A stretch of DNA of 64,000 nucleotides from an uncultured Mycoplasmatota bacterium (GCA_947570175.1 CANOTJ010000001.1:64282-128281); one strand, 5' to 3'. Counted from the stretch's first letter, positions 48,678-58,970 are shown. The notes: a model not told the origin generated them from the letters alone. Translations and numbers: made by a program.

Positions 48678-49056
48678 GATTTTCTGCTCCGGCTACGATA
48701 CTATATTCTCCACTTGTTAGAACGGTATATAAAACAATAATAGCTGCGACTGCGGATAATTCGGATGCTGTAATTTGTAAGCGAAAGGCTGATAAGTTTT
48801 CGCTTTTTTTCTGTTTCGCCAAATTAAAATTTTTATAATTTACATATAGAAAAATAATCGTTAAAATTAAAACAATGACACGATTTCCAACTGAAATATT
48901 TCTTGAAAATTTTTTGTTTAACCAAGGTTTTCCATTTACTGCTTCATATTTATCATTATAAGTTAGAAGATAGGAGATGAATAAACTAAGAATATAAATA
49001 ATGGTTCCAATAATTTGTATATCAAGTAATTTAATCTCAGTTTCTTTAGTATTCAT
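48667..49056 (-). CDS. Small membrane protein (hypothetical)
   Basis: 129 aa with 3-4 hydrophobic helices. Confidence 0.35.
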   Translation of the reverse strand: MNTKETEIKLLDIQIIGTIIYILSLFISYLLTYNDKYEAVNGKPWLNKKFSRNISVGNRVIVLILTIIFLYVNYKNFNLAKQKKSENLSAFRLQITASELSAVAAIIVLYTVLTSGEYSIVAGAENPNL

Positions 49057-49494
49057 ATTCTATTATATTAAAACGGATCATAATATATGTTTTGGTGTAT
49101 ATTGCTTTTCGAGATTAATTACCAAGAATCTGAAGTGAAATTTTGTAAACTATGATATAATTGTATAGAATAGAAAATGGAATATTATAAATTATAATTC
49201 AATTGTTAGTAATTGAATAAATCATATTTTTATGATTTATTTTGAAAGAATTATATTTTAATCAAATTAAGAAGTAGAAAGTTATAAAATATTTATCTAT
49301 TTTACAAATCCTTTTTCGAGTCAATTAAAGTTGAATTTTTGTCCTTATTAATCTCTAAATTTAAGTTTCATTTCACTTTATACATTGTAAAAAAATCAAA
49401 ACTTATGATGTATAATATTGCATATTGATATGTATTGTGATACAATGAATAGGTATTTTTAAAAATAAAATTTTTAAGAAAAGAGGTAGTATTC

Positions 49495-50904
49495 ATGAAG
49501 AAAACAAAAATTGTTTGTAGTATCGGTCCATCTACACAAAATTGGGAAAGTTTTAAAGGAATTGTAGACGCGGGAATGAATGTTGCTAGAATTAATTTTT
49601 CACATGCAACCATGGAAGAAAGAAAAATAGATGAAGACTTGGTAGAAAGAGCCAATAAAGAATTGGGTGCTAACATAGCTATTTTATATGATACAAAGGG
49701 GCCAGATCTTAGAACTTGTGATTTTGAGAATAATTATATTGAACTTGTTGCTGGAGCAAAAATCCGTATTGTAGAAGAGGATGTTTTAGGAACAAAAGAT
49801 GTAATATCATTTAATTATAAAGGAATTTTAAAGGATGTATCTGTTGGGACTGCTATTTTATTAGATGATGGATTTTATAAATTAGTAGTTGAGGATATTG
49901 ACGAGGATGGTCAAGGTGTTACTTGTAAGATCTGTAATGGAGGAACTATTAAAAGTAAACGTGGAGTATGTATTCCAGGAATTAAACTAGATGTTCCTTA
50001 TGTTAGTGAACAAGATAAAAAAGATATTCAGTATGCATGTGATCATGATGGGGATTATTTAGCGATTTCATTTGTAAATTCTGCTGATGATATTCGTGAA
50101 GTAAGAGAATTATGTTCACAATATGGAAAACCTAATATGCCAATTATCTCTAAAATCGAAACTCAATATGCGATGGACAATTTAGATGAAATTATTGATG
50201 AGACAGATATCGTTATGATTGCTCGTGGAGATCTTGGAATCGAAACAGGTGTAGAAAACTTACCACTTTATCAACAAATGATGATTGATAAGTGTAGAGA
50301 ACGTGGAAAACGAGTAATTATGGCCACACAAATGATGTCTAGTATGAAAAGTAATATTCGTCCTACGAATGCGGAAGTTACAGATGTTGCGAATGCTGTC
50401 TTAGCTGGATGTGATGCTGTAATGACCAGTGATGAAACAACTATTGGTAAATATCCAGTAGAAACCATTCAAAATATGGCAGAAATCTGTAAAAAAGTAG
50501 AAAGTTATTATAAGTATGACAATCAATATGGGTATAATAAAAAAGACATCAATTCTATTATTGCTCATAGTGTTGTTACAGCTAGCAATGAGCTTTCTTC
50601 TAAATTAATTGTTGCAGCTACAATGTCTGGACATACAGCAGCTTCTATTAGTAATTTAAGACCAAATGCTATGATACTTGCTACTGTTCCAAATGAAAAA
50701 GTTGCTAAAGCATTAGCTTTAAATTATGGTGTTTATTCCAAAGTCGTTGGAGAATATGGGTCTACAGACGAACTAGTGGAAGATGGAAAAAAACAAGCAC
50801 AGGAATTTATGAATTTAACACATGATGATAAGATTATTATTACTGGCGGATTTCCTAATACTGGTGTAAAAACTACAAACTTTATGAAAATCGAGGAATT
50901 ATAG
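49495..50904 (+). CDS. pyk: Pyruvate kinase
   Basis: 'KIVCSIGPST', 'MNVARINFSHA' and 'MIARGDLGIE' motifs. 469 aa. Confidence 0.95.
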   Translation: MKKTKIVCSIGPSTQNWESFKGIVDAGMNVARINFSHATMEERKIDEDLVERANKELGANIAILYDTKGPDLRTCDFENNYIELVAGAKIRIVEEDVLGTKDVISFNYKGILKDVSVGTAILLDDGFYKLVVEDIDEDGQGVTCKICNGGTIKSKRGVCIPGIKLDVPYVSEQDKKDIQYACDHDGDYLAISFVNSADDIREVRELCSQYGKPNMPIISKIETQYAMDNLDEIIDETDIVMIARGDLGIETGVENLPLYQQMMIDKCRERGKRVIMATQMMSSMKSNIRPTNAEVTDVANAVLAGCDAVMTSDETTIGKYPVETIQNMAEICKKVESYYKYDNQYGYNKKDINSIIAHSVVTASNELSSKLIVAATMSGHTAASISNLRPNAMILATVPNEKVAKALALNYGVYSKVVGEYGSTDELVEDGKKQAQEFMNLTHDDKIIITGGFPNTGVKTTNFMKIEEL

Positions 50905-50928
50905 TCATAGTTTTCTATGACTTTTTTT
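50903..50928 (+). terminator. Rho-independent terminator after pyk
   Basis: 'agtcatag-ttttc-tatgact' followed by a T7 run. It contains ATG 50917, so the next gene more likely starts at ATG 50929. Confidence 0.55.
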
Positions 50929-51417
50929 ATGAAATTTGTTTATCATGAATTTCCTCCAGTATATAATTGTGAATCAAAGGTATTAATTTTAGGAACTATG
51001 CCATCTGTAAAATCTAGACAATTTGGTTTCTATTATGCTCATCCTCAAAATCGCTTTTGGAAAATTCTATTTGATCTTTTGGAAGAGGAATACTCTAATG
51101 ATGTAGAAATTAAAAAACAATTGTTATATCAGCATCATATTGCTTTATGGGATGTTTTAAGTAGTTGTGAAATTGAGAATTCTAGTGATGCTTCTATCAA
51201 GAATCCAAAAGTGCATGATATGAATCATATTATCCAACAAACGAATATACAGACTATTTTTACAACTGGAAAAAAAGCGACTGAATTATATATGAAGTAT
51301 TGTTATCCAGATACTAAAATTCCTTGTATTTATTTACCATCTCCTAGTTCTGCCAATTGTTCAATCCTCTATGAGGATCTAAAAGAAGAATATCAAAAAA
51401 TATTAGATTATATATAA
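50929..51417 (+). CDS. Uracil-DNA glycosylase superfamily protein (deoxyinosine/mismatch glycosylase-like)
   Basis: 'KVLILGTMPSVKSRQ...YYAHPQNRFWKIL' fits the UDG-fold motif arrangement. The family cannot be assigned without a search. Confidence 0.55.
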   Translation: MKFVYHEFPPVYNCESKVLILGTMPSVKSRQFGFYYAHPQNRFWKILFDLLEEEYSNDVEIKKQLLYQHHIALWDVLSSCEIENSSDASIKNPKVHDMNHIIQQTNIQTIFTTGKKATELYMKYCYPDTKIPCIYLPSPSSANCSILYEDLKEEYQKILDYI

Positions 51418-51422
51418 AAAAA

Positions 51423-52580
51423 TTATCCGATTATAGTTGGATAATTTTTATACTCTGATTCCATCATTTTTGTTCTTTCTGGTTCTTCTAAAATACTAGC
51501 ATATACACAGGTTGTACGAAACTCAATTTCTAACATCTTATTTTTAAATTTTGGATAATTACTAATAATTGGAATTTCAATTTCTTTTTTTATCTCATTT
51601 AAATAATTTTGACCAATGAGGGAAAAACCTAAAATTCGAATATACTCTATTTGATTAAAAAGATTTGCTTCCTCCTTAGTAAAATTGCATAATATATGGG
51701 TAAACATTCTATTTAACTTATTATAAGTATAGCGTTTGGTTTTGATTTTTAAAATTAATTCATCTAAACTTTTACAATTCATAATATACTTCATAATTCT
51801 ATTTTCAATTCCTTCATCTACTGTTTGATATTTTTGAATGTTCTCTTTTTCTGTTAGTATTTTATATTTTAATAATCCAAAGTAATGATCAGTAAAATGA
51901 AGATTCTGATTTAAAAAAGATGTCACCTCTTTTGGTATGTAATTAGAAACATCACTTTGGTTTTTTAAAGCATATCGGATACTGGTAGCACTAGTAATAT
52001 GATCATCTAAATCTAGCCCATTATAATCATTGTTTCTTTTAATTGTAATTGGAATAATACCTGCTTCTTGCTTTTTTATTTCTCGGATATAAGTGATTCC
52101 TAGAATATCATTTGGTTTATTCATTTTTATTCCTGTAATATCATATAAAGAATTGGAAAGAGCAGTCGGATAGTTTAGACCTTGTTCTAAATATTCTTTG
52201 ACTAATTTTTCATATTTTTTATTTTCTAACTGTACAGTAGCTAACTGTTCTAATTTCTTTATATCGTTAGATTCACTTCCAAAAACAAGATAATCTACTT
52301 TGAGATATTTAAGAATTTCAATACTTGCTTTAGCGAAAATATCCGCACTTTGAGTAGCAAAAACAAATGGAAGTTCTATTACTAGATCAATTCCCATTTT
52401 TAAAGCTATTTTGGTTTTATCCCACTTGTTATATACACTAGTATCTCCACGTTGTGTGAAATTCCCGCTCATCACTAAAATGATTGGATGTTTTGGATAT
52501 TTCTTTTTAATTTCATTTAAGTGGTGCAAATGCCCATTATGGAAAGGATTATATTCACATATGATACCAATACTCTTCAT
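51423..52580 (-). CDS. tmcAL: tRNA(Met) cytidine acetate ligase (TmcAL/YlbM, HIGH-type nucleotidyltransferase)
   Basis: 'IGIICEYNPFHNGHLHH' HxGH motif at the N-terminus. RBS GGTGAT supports the start at MKSIG (52580). Confidence 0.75.
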   Translation of the reverse strand: MKSIGIICEYNPFHNGHLHHLNEIKKKYPKHPIILVMSGNFTQRGDTSVYNKWDKTKIALKMGIDLVIELPFVFATQSADIFAKASIEILKYLKVDYLVFGSESNDIKKLEQLATVQLENKKYEKLVKEYLEQGLNYPTALSNSLYDITGIKMNKPNDILGITYIREIKKQEAGIIPITIKRNNDYNGLDLDDHITSATSIRYALKNQSDVSNYIPKEVTSFLNQNLHFTDHYFGLLKYKILTEKENIQKYQTVDEGIENRIMKYIMNCKSLDELILKIKTKRYTYNKLNRMFTHILCNFTKEEANLFNQIEYIRILGFSLIGQNYLNEIKKEIEIPIISNYPKFKNKMLEIEFRTTCVYASILEEPERTKMMESEYKNYPTIIG

Positions 52581-52656
52581 ACTATCACCACTTTTATCAT
52601 AGCATATTTCCATTGAAAATCCTAGTAATTTATGGTACAATGAACGAGGTGATTAT

Positions 52657-53136
52657 ATGAATATAGATATTACTAGGTTAAAAAGTGGAATAGAACATCA
52701 AATAAAAATTGATGAAGAAATCTCTTTTGCTCAAGAAAAACTAAAGAATACAAATATTTTATCATTGGATCATGTAAAAGTATTTGGAAGTGTATTTTCT
52801 AATCATAGTAATAGTTATGATATTGATTTATCTGTTTGCGGTATAATGATTCTTCCATCTAGTCTCACTTTGAAGCCAGTAGAGCATCCATTTGAAATCA
52901 AAATAGAGGGAAATGTAGAGGAATTACTTGCAGAAATGAATGAAACTTCAAAAAAAATACAAAATACTATTGATATTTTACCAATAATATGGGAAAATAT
53001 ATTAATGGAAATCCCCATGCGTATTGTAAGTGATGAATCTGAAAAACCCCTTAAAGGTGAGGGATGGCGATTGATCACAGAACAGGAAGGAAATGTGAAT
53101 CCAGAACTTCAGAAGTTAAAGGATTTATTAAAATGA
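52657..53136 (+). CDS. yceD: YceD/DUF177 family protein (large-subunit rRNA accumulation)
   Basis: 159-aa acidic protein immediately upstream of rpmF, in the conserved yceD-rpmF arrangement. Confidence 0.65.
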   Translation: MNIDITRLKSGIEHQIKIDEEISFAQEKLKNTNILSLDHVKVFGSVFSNHSNSYDIDLSVCGIMILPSSLTLKPVEHPFEIKIEGNVEELLAEMNETSKKIQNTIDILPIIWENILMEIPMRIVSDESEKPLKGEGWRLITEQEGNVNPELQKLKDLLK

Positions 53137-53152
53137 AAAGAGAGGTGTTATC

Positions 53153-53362
53153 ATGATGAAATTAGATATTCAAATTTTCGCAGTGCCTTTTAGAAAAGTA
53201 AGTAAAACAAGAGGAAGAAAAAGACGTACACATTATAAAATTAGCGAAAATACTACAACTGTTTGTCCAAAGTGTGGAGCAACAATCCGCCCACATAGAG
53301 TATGTTCTGAATGTGGAACATATAAGGGAAAAGAAGTTATTCAAAAAGAAGAAGCAGCTTAG
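53153..53362 (+). CDS. rpmF: 50S ribosomal protein L32
   Basis: '[20 protein letters not shown]' and zinc-ribbon 'CPKCG...CSECG'. RBS AGAGGTG. Apparent short N-terminal extension 'MMKLDIQIF'. Confidence 0.85.
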   Translation: MMKLDIQIFAVPFRKVSKTRGRKRRTHYKISENTTTVCPKCGATIRPHRVCSECGTYKGKEVIQKEEAA

Positions 53363-53413
53363 TTGCTTTTTATTTTTAAAAAAGTTATAATGATAACGAG
53401 GATAGGTGTTATC

Positions 53414-54328
53414 ATGAAAAAGCAAGGATTTACATTAATAGAAATGATTGCTGTAATTGTTATTATTGCACTAATCTCTATCATAACATTACCGACGATT
53501 ATTAATCAATATTCTAATAAAAAAGATACTATTAGTGATACAACTAAAAAAATAATTATAACAGCTGCTGAATTATATGCGAGTGAAAAACGAAATGGAG
53601 TAGAATCTGTTACCCTAGAGGATTTAGTTAAAGATGAAAAACTAGAATCTCCTATTATAGATTATAAAACAGGAAAAGAGATTCCATTAAATACAGTAAT
53701 ATATTTAGATGAAAATGGTAATGCCTGTATTGAGGGAAGTGAAGGTTGTTCTCGCGTAGATAGAAAAAAGACATATACTATTCAAAATTTGGTTTCTAAT
53801 GGATCTTTTGAAACAGGAATTAATGGATGGGGAAATACTGGAAGTAATACTGTTTTTGCACATGATTCTAGCATTAAAAACAATGGTAGATATAGTTTTA
53901 AAGTCAGCATCACAAATGCTCAAGCTTGGCCACGAATAAATTATCCGAGTATTTCTAATTTGCAAGGACATAAACTATATGGAAAAGTAAGTTATTATGT
54001 AGATCAGGCTTCCTTAACCCCAGGAATTAATATTTTAACAGCTGAAACTTCTGATTTTTGGCCAACTACTCAAGACGGAAAAACTACTTGGTCATCTTCG
54101 AAAGAAGTCAATAAATGGATAGATATTAGTTTATTATATGAGGCAAAATATAATTATTTACTAATGATGTTACCACAGTCGAATGCTAGCGCTAGTGGAA
54201 ATGTTTATTTTGATGGACTTGTTGTGGTCGATTTGACTAGCAGTTTTGGGGCAGGAAATGAACCAGATAAGGCCTGGTGTGATCGAAATATTTCTTATTT
54301 TGATGGCAAAAAAAGTTTACAATATTAA
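53414..54328 (+). CDS. Type IV prepilin-like protein (class III signal peptide) fused to a CBM4_9-like carbohydrate-binding domain
   Basis: 'MKKQGFTLIEMIAVIVIIALISI' N-methylation/cleavage motif (G|FTLIEM). Later 'NLVSNGSFETGINGWGNTGSNTVFAHDSSIKNNGRYSFKVS' matches the CBM4_9 opening signature. RBS AGGTG supports the start at 53414. Confidence 0.65.
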   Translation: MKKQGFTLIEMIAVIVIIALISIITLPTIINQYSNKKDTISDTTKKIIITAAELYASEKRNGVESVTLEDLVKDEKLESPIIDYKTGKEIPLNTVIYLDENGNACIEGSEGCSRVDRKKTYTIQNLVSNGSFETGINGWGNTGSNTVFAHDSSIKNNGRYSFKVSITNAQAWPRINYPSISNLQGHKLYGKVSYYVDQASLTPGINILTAETSDFWPTTQDGKTTWSSSKEVNKWIDISLLYEAKYNYLLMMLPQSNASASGNVYFDGLVVVDLTSSFGAGNEPDKAWCDRNISYFDGKKSLQY

Positions 54329-54355
54329 AAGAAATATCACATTAAAGTGATATTT

Positions 54356-55498
54356 TTAATTGATATTTCTTAATGCTTGATTAGAAATATTAAAAATAAT
54401 TCCTATCATAATCATATAGCTAATTAAACTAGATCCTCCATAACTAATGAAAGGTAATGTAATACCTGTAATAGGCATCAGTCCAAATGTCATTCCAATA
54501 TTCTGAAGTTGTTGATAAATCAACATTCCAACAATTCCAGAAATAATATATTTGTTAATATTGGAATTACTTTTCATAGCAGTTAAAATTAATTTAATAT
54601 CAAAGAAAGCAATTAATAATAATAGTAATAAAGCTCCCATTAAACCAAAGTTACTAGCAAAAACAGCAAATATAAAATCGGTTTGTGCTTCTGGAAAATA
54701 AATTGGAGTATTGTTAAAACCATGCCCAAATAATCCTCCAGAGCCAATTGCGACAATTCCATTTTCTAATTGATATCCAGATTTATTTGACCAATCAAGC
54801 AATCGATCTACTCGAAGGAAGAAACTAGAACCAAATATTTTGATAAACAAATCTGTGTTTAAAAAATAAATTACTAATACACTTCCAATTGATAAAGCTA
54901 GAACTAAAAATAATATAACAAACCAACGATAACGAATACCAGAGATAAAAAGCATAATGATTGTAATTAATAAATAAATTAAGACAACTCCTGTATCTGG
55001 TTGTAAAAAGGTAAGAATACTTGGAATTGCAACGATAGCACCTACTTTTAATAAAAAGAAGAATTCTTCTTTTATGGAAGGGTTAGAAAAGGTTTCATTA
55101 AATTCCTTAATAACGTGCCCAAGTACTAAAATCAAAATAATTTTCATAAATTCACTAGGTTGAATTGTACCAATTCCTGGGATAGAGAACCAACACTTGG
55201 CATCACTAATGGGTTCTGCAAATAGTAGGAGTAGTACTAACGATATATTTCCGATAATATATAAAATCCAAGCATTTTTAATAATAAAGTCATTTCCAAT
55301 AAACATGATTAAATAGACAAAACCAAAACCAATCAAATACCATATTCCTTGTCTTAAAGCCAAGTTAGAACCATCTGGCAGTAAACTTTGAGCACTATAG
55401 ATAGAAAGAATACTAATGATAATAAAAGAAAGCAAAGTAATCAGTAATGCTTTATCGATTTTATATTTTGATATTTTATTCATCGAATCACCTACCAA
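54356..55498 (-). CDS. SEDS-family peptidoglycan glycosyltransferase (FtsW/RodA/SpoVE)
   Basis: 380 aa, polytopic, FtsW/RodA family layout with a large loop near the C-terminus. Confidence 0.8.
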   Translation of the reverse strand: MVGDSMNKISKYKIDKALLITLLSFIIISILSIYSAQSLLPDGSNLALRQGIWYLIGFGFVYLIMFIGNDFIIKNAWILYIIGNISLVLLLLFAEPISDAKCWFSIPGIGTIQPSEFMKIILILVLGHVIKEFNETFSNPSIKEEFFFLLKVGAIVAIPSILTFLQPDTGVVLIYLLITIIMLFISGIRYRWFVILFLVLALSIGSVLVIYFLNTDLFIKIFGSSFFLRVDRLLDWSNKSGYQLENGIVAIGSGGLFGHGFNNTPIYFPEAQTDFIFAVFASNFGLMGALLLLLLIAFFDIKLILTAMKSNSNINKYIISGIVGMLIYQQLQNIGMTFGLMPITGITLPFISYGGSSLISYMIMIGIIFNISNQALRNIN

Positions 55499-55602
55499 TA
55501 TATTACACTAAATTTATTATTTAAACAATTAAAGTATGATATTTTGACAAATATTTTTGTAATTTTATAGAATTTATAGTATAATAATTAATAGGTGAGA
55601 TT

Positions 55603-55908
55603 ATGGAATATTTAATTATTATCGTTGTATCAGTACTACTTGCTTTGGCCATTACTAAAATAAATAAGAAAGATTTTAAAATTGAAAATAAATTAGCCAC
55701 TTCTTTAGGAGGAAAGGAAAATATCATCACTTATGAGCTTACAAAATCTAGATTTACCGTAACTTTAGCGGATGTAAATTTAGTAAATAAAGAAACGATT
55801 CAAAGAATGGGAGCCCAAGGAATTTTGGAAGTAGATAATCAATTAAAAATTATTTTGGGAGATACTTCTAAACAATTAAAAAAGCAGATTCGTGAATTAA
55901 TGAAATAG
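55603..55908 (+). CDS. PTS EIIB (glucose-type) domain-like protein with N-terminal TM; catalytic Cys not conserved
   Basis: 'GGKENIITYELTKSRFTVTLAD' corresponds to the EIIB 'GGxxNI...C(A/I)TRLR' region, with Ser in place of the phospho-Cys. Confidence 0.45.
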   Translation: MEYLIIIVVSVLLALAITKINKKDFKIENKLATSLGGKENIITYELTKSRFTVTLADVNLVNKETIQRMGAQGILEVDNQLKIILGDTSKQLKKQIRELMK

Positions 55909-55993
55909 GAAATTTCTAAAAACTAGAAATTTTTTTCTTTTTCGACAAAATTCGACAAACGAAGTTTGTACAATTATGTCGAGGGGTGAAATT

Positions 55994-57259
55994 ATGAATA
56001 TTTTTGAGATAATTATTATTGATTTAATCTTTATTATTTTTCCATTAACATTTTGGATATTGTATCAAAACTATTCCAAAACGTTAAACATGAAAAAAAG
56101 TGAGTTATTATTAGACTTTGCACTAATTAGTTCAATGTATTTCGTAATGAAGTATGGAATGAATCCTGTTTTAAATGCGCCGATTTTATTTTTTAATATC
56201 CCACTGATTATCGCATATTTGAAAAATCGTAAATTTTCTATTGTAGTACTCTCTATTATTAGTATATGTTATTATCATTTTTATTTAAATATCGAATGGA
56301 TATTTTTAATCGTTGAATACATTTTTTATTACCTTATTTATCTTTTCGTAGAGAAACAAAAAATAGAAAACAAAGTCCTTATGAATTGTTTATCTCTTTT
56401 TAAACTATTGTTTATATTTTTACAAGTATTGATAAATGATGCTATTTTTGAACAAATTGGCTATACAAAATTAGACTTTGCACTTATATGTATTTCTTTT
56501 TATCTTGCTGTTCAATTTGTTGTTTATTTATTACAGATTGCACAAGATATTTTAGGAGTCCATTTAAAATTTTGCGAGTTAGAACATCAAAAAGACATTA
56601 CAGATTCTTTGTTTCAAATTACACATGAAATTAAAAATCCAATTGCGGTTTGTAAAGGATATTTAGATATGTTTGATGTAAATAATATAGAACATAGTAA
56701 AAAATATGTACCCATATTAAAGGAGGAAATGGATCGTTTATTAATTTTATTACAGGATTTTCTATCTGTGCATAAGATTCAAGTAGATAGAGATATTATC
56801 GATATTAATTTATTGTTGGAAGATATGTTAAAAAGTTTTTTCCCGATTTTTAAGGTAAGGAATATTAAAGCAAACTTTAGTATTGATGAATCAGAATTAT
56901 ATATACTTGCTGATTACAATCGTTTAAGACAGGTATTGACGAATTTAATTAAAAATAGTATGGAGGCAATTCCAGAAAATCGAAATGGAATGATTAGTGT
57001 TTATTTAAAAAAATATCCTGGAAATATTAAAATCTATGTTGAAGATAATGGAGAAGGTATTTCTAAAAAGGATATGGAAAAATTAAAAAGTCCGTTTTTT
57101 ACAACAAAATCGCAAGGAACTGGACTTGGAGTATATTTATGTAATGAGATTATAAAAGCACATAAGGGAAGTATTAAATATTTCTCTAAAGAAAAACAGG
57201 GAACAAAAGTAGTGATTACTTTACCATATAATAAAAAAGATATTAAGAAGTTTTCTTAA
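55994..57259 (+). CDS. Sensor histidine kinase (orphan; membrane-embedded sensor, sporulation-kinase-like)
   Basis: N-terminal ~6 TM helices. H-box 'THEIKNPIAV'. HATPase motifs 'NLIKNSMEAI', 'EDNGEGI', 'GTGLGV'. No adjacent response regulator. RBS AGGGGTG supports ATG 55994. Confidence 0.75.
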   Translation: MNIFEIIIIDLIFIIFPLTFWILYQNYSKTLNMKKSELLLDFALISSMYFVMKYGMNPVLNAPILFFNIPLIIAYLKNRKFSIVVLSIISICYYHFYLNIEWIFLIVEYIFYYLIYLFVEKQKIENKVLMNCLSLFKLLFIFLQVLINDAIFEQIGYTKLDFALICISFYLAVQFVVYLLQIAQDILGVHLKFCELEHQKDITDSLFQITHEIKNPIAVCKGYLDMFDVNNIEHSKKYVPILKEEMDRLLILLQDFLSVHKIQVDRDIIDINLLLEDMLKSFFPIFKVRNIKANFSIDESELYILADYNRLRQVLTNLIKNSMEAIPENRNGMISVYLKKYPGNIKIYVEDNGEGISKKDMEKLKSPFFTTKSQGTGLGVYLCNEIIKAHKGSIKYFSKEKQGTKVVITLPYNKKDIKKFS

Positions 57260-58970
57260 TATCCATAATAACAGGTAGAATAATTGGTTTTCTTCCTGTT
57301 TTTTCATATGTATAAGACGATAATTTTGTAATAATTTCATTTTTAATATCCGAATAGTTTAAATATCCTTTTAATTTCTCTTGAATTGCTTTTTTACTAA
57401 CAATTTCTAGATTTCTTAATAATTCTTCATTTTCATTTACTTGAACAAATCCACGAGTTGTAATATTAATTCGTCCAAGAATTTGCTTTTTATTAACATC
57501 AATATTAACGATAACAACAATAATTCCATCATTAGACATGATTTTACGATCTTTAATGACAGCTGCTCCAATATCGCCAATACGATTACCGTCTACATAT
57601 ATATCATCTGCAGGAATAGATCCTGCTCTTTTAATTTTTCCTTTGTACATAGATAGAATATCTCCATTTCCTAATACAAAGGTATTTTCTTTAGGAATGC
57701 CACATAATACTCCAATGTCGGCATGACGTTTTAACATGCGATATTCGCCATGAAATGGCATAAAGTATTTTGGATTAATAAGGCGAAGCATTAGTTTTAA
57801 TTCTTCTTCACTACCATGACCAGATGTATGAATATCTCTTAGTAAAGTATTGGTATAAACACTAACACCTTTTAGATACAATTTGTTAATTGTTCTAGAA
57901 ACACTTAAGGCATTTCCAGGAATAGTAGAAGAGGAAAATATAACAGCATCATCTGATTGTAATTTAATTTGTCGGTGAGATCCATTCGCAATTCTAGATA
58001 GAGCCGCTAGTGGTTCCCCTTGGCTTCCAGTACAAAGCAAGCAAACTTTGTTTGGTGGAAGTTTATTTGCTTCTTCTGGAGATATAAAGATCTCTTTATT
58101 TTTGATATAGCCACCTTCGATAGAGATTTCTATATTATTTGCCATACTTCTTCCAAAAGTCGCAATTTTTCTTCCGTTTCTTTTACAAGTATCTACAATA
58201 TGTTTTAAACGATAGATATTGGAAGCAAAAGTAGCAATGATAATTCGACCTTTTTGAACTTTAAAGATTTCTGATAAGGCATGATCTACTTTTGATTCAC
58301 TCATACTCATTCCCTCATTTAAGGCATTGGTACTATCACTTAGTAGAAGGGTAACTCCTCTTCTTCCAATCTCTGCCATTTTATGAAGATTTGCCATTGG
58401 TCCAATTGGCGTTAAATCAAACTTAAAATCTCCTGTTGTAACAATAGTTCCATTTGGTGTAGAAATACAAATTCCATGCGAATCTGGTATAGAATGCGTT
58501 GTTCTAAAAAATTCTACAGTGATGTTTTTGAATTTTACTTTTGTTTTTTCTTCATATACAATCAAATTTTTATATGTTATATTTCGATCAGCTAGTTTTT
58601 TTCGAATTAATCCAACTGCCTGATTTGGTGCATATATAAAAGGAATATTCACAGTTTGTAATAAAAATGGAATTCCTCCAATATGATCCTCATGACCATG
58701 TGTAATGAATAATGCTTTAATTTTATTCTCATTTCTTTTCAAAAAAGTGAAATCGGGAATTACATAATCCACTCCCATTAAATCACCTTCTGGAATAGAC
58801 ATTCCAGCATCCGTAATTACAATTTCATTTTGATGCATTACACAATACATATTTTTTCCGACTTCTCCTAGTCCTCCTAAAGCAAATATTTTCGTATCAT
58901 TCTCATTTTCTAAAATTTTCAACATTTTTCTCCTTTCTTGTATTTGCTTTCTGACTTCTTGATTATACAC
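57243..58970 (-). CDS. rnj: Ribonuclease J (metallo-beta-lactamase / beta-CASP)
   Basis: 'HGHEDHIGG' motif, beta-CASP region and C-terminal domain. 575 aa. Confidence 0.9.
   Translation of the reverse strand: MYNQEVRKQIQERRKMLKILENENDTKIFALGGLGEVGKNMYCVMHQNEIVITDAGMSIPEGDLMGVDYVIPDFTFLKRNENKIKALFITHGHEDHIGGIPFLLQTVNIPFIYAPNQAVGLIRKKLADRNITYKNLIVYEEKTKVKFKNITVEFFRTTHSIPDSHGICISTPNGTIVTTGDFKFDLTPIGPMANLHKMAEIGRRGVTLLLSDSTNALNEGMSMSESKVDHALSEIFKVQKGRIIIATFASNIYRLKHIVDTCKRNGRKIATFGRSMANNIEISIEGGYIKNKEIFISPEEANKLPPNKVCLLCTGSQGEPLAALSRIANGSHRQIKLQSDDAVIFSSSTIPGNALSVSRTINKLYLKGVSVYTNTLLRDIHTSGHGSEEELKLMLRLINPKYFMPFHGEYRMLKRHADIGVLCGIPKENTFVLGNGDILSMYKGKIKRAGSIPADDIYVDGNRIGDIGAAVIKDRKIMSNDGIIVVIVNIDVNKKQILGRINITTRGFVQVNENEELLRNLEIVSKKAIQEKLKGYLNYSDIKNEIITKLSSYTYEKTGRKPIILPVIMDIKKTS

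Noticed and set aside
50917-50931. ORF-track start ATG 50917 for the glycosylase gene
   Set aside because: This ATG lies inside the pyk terminator hairpin. ATG 50929 just after the T-run is the more plausible start.
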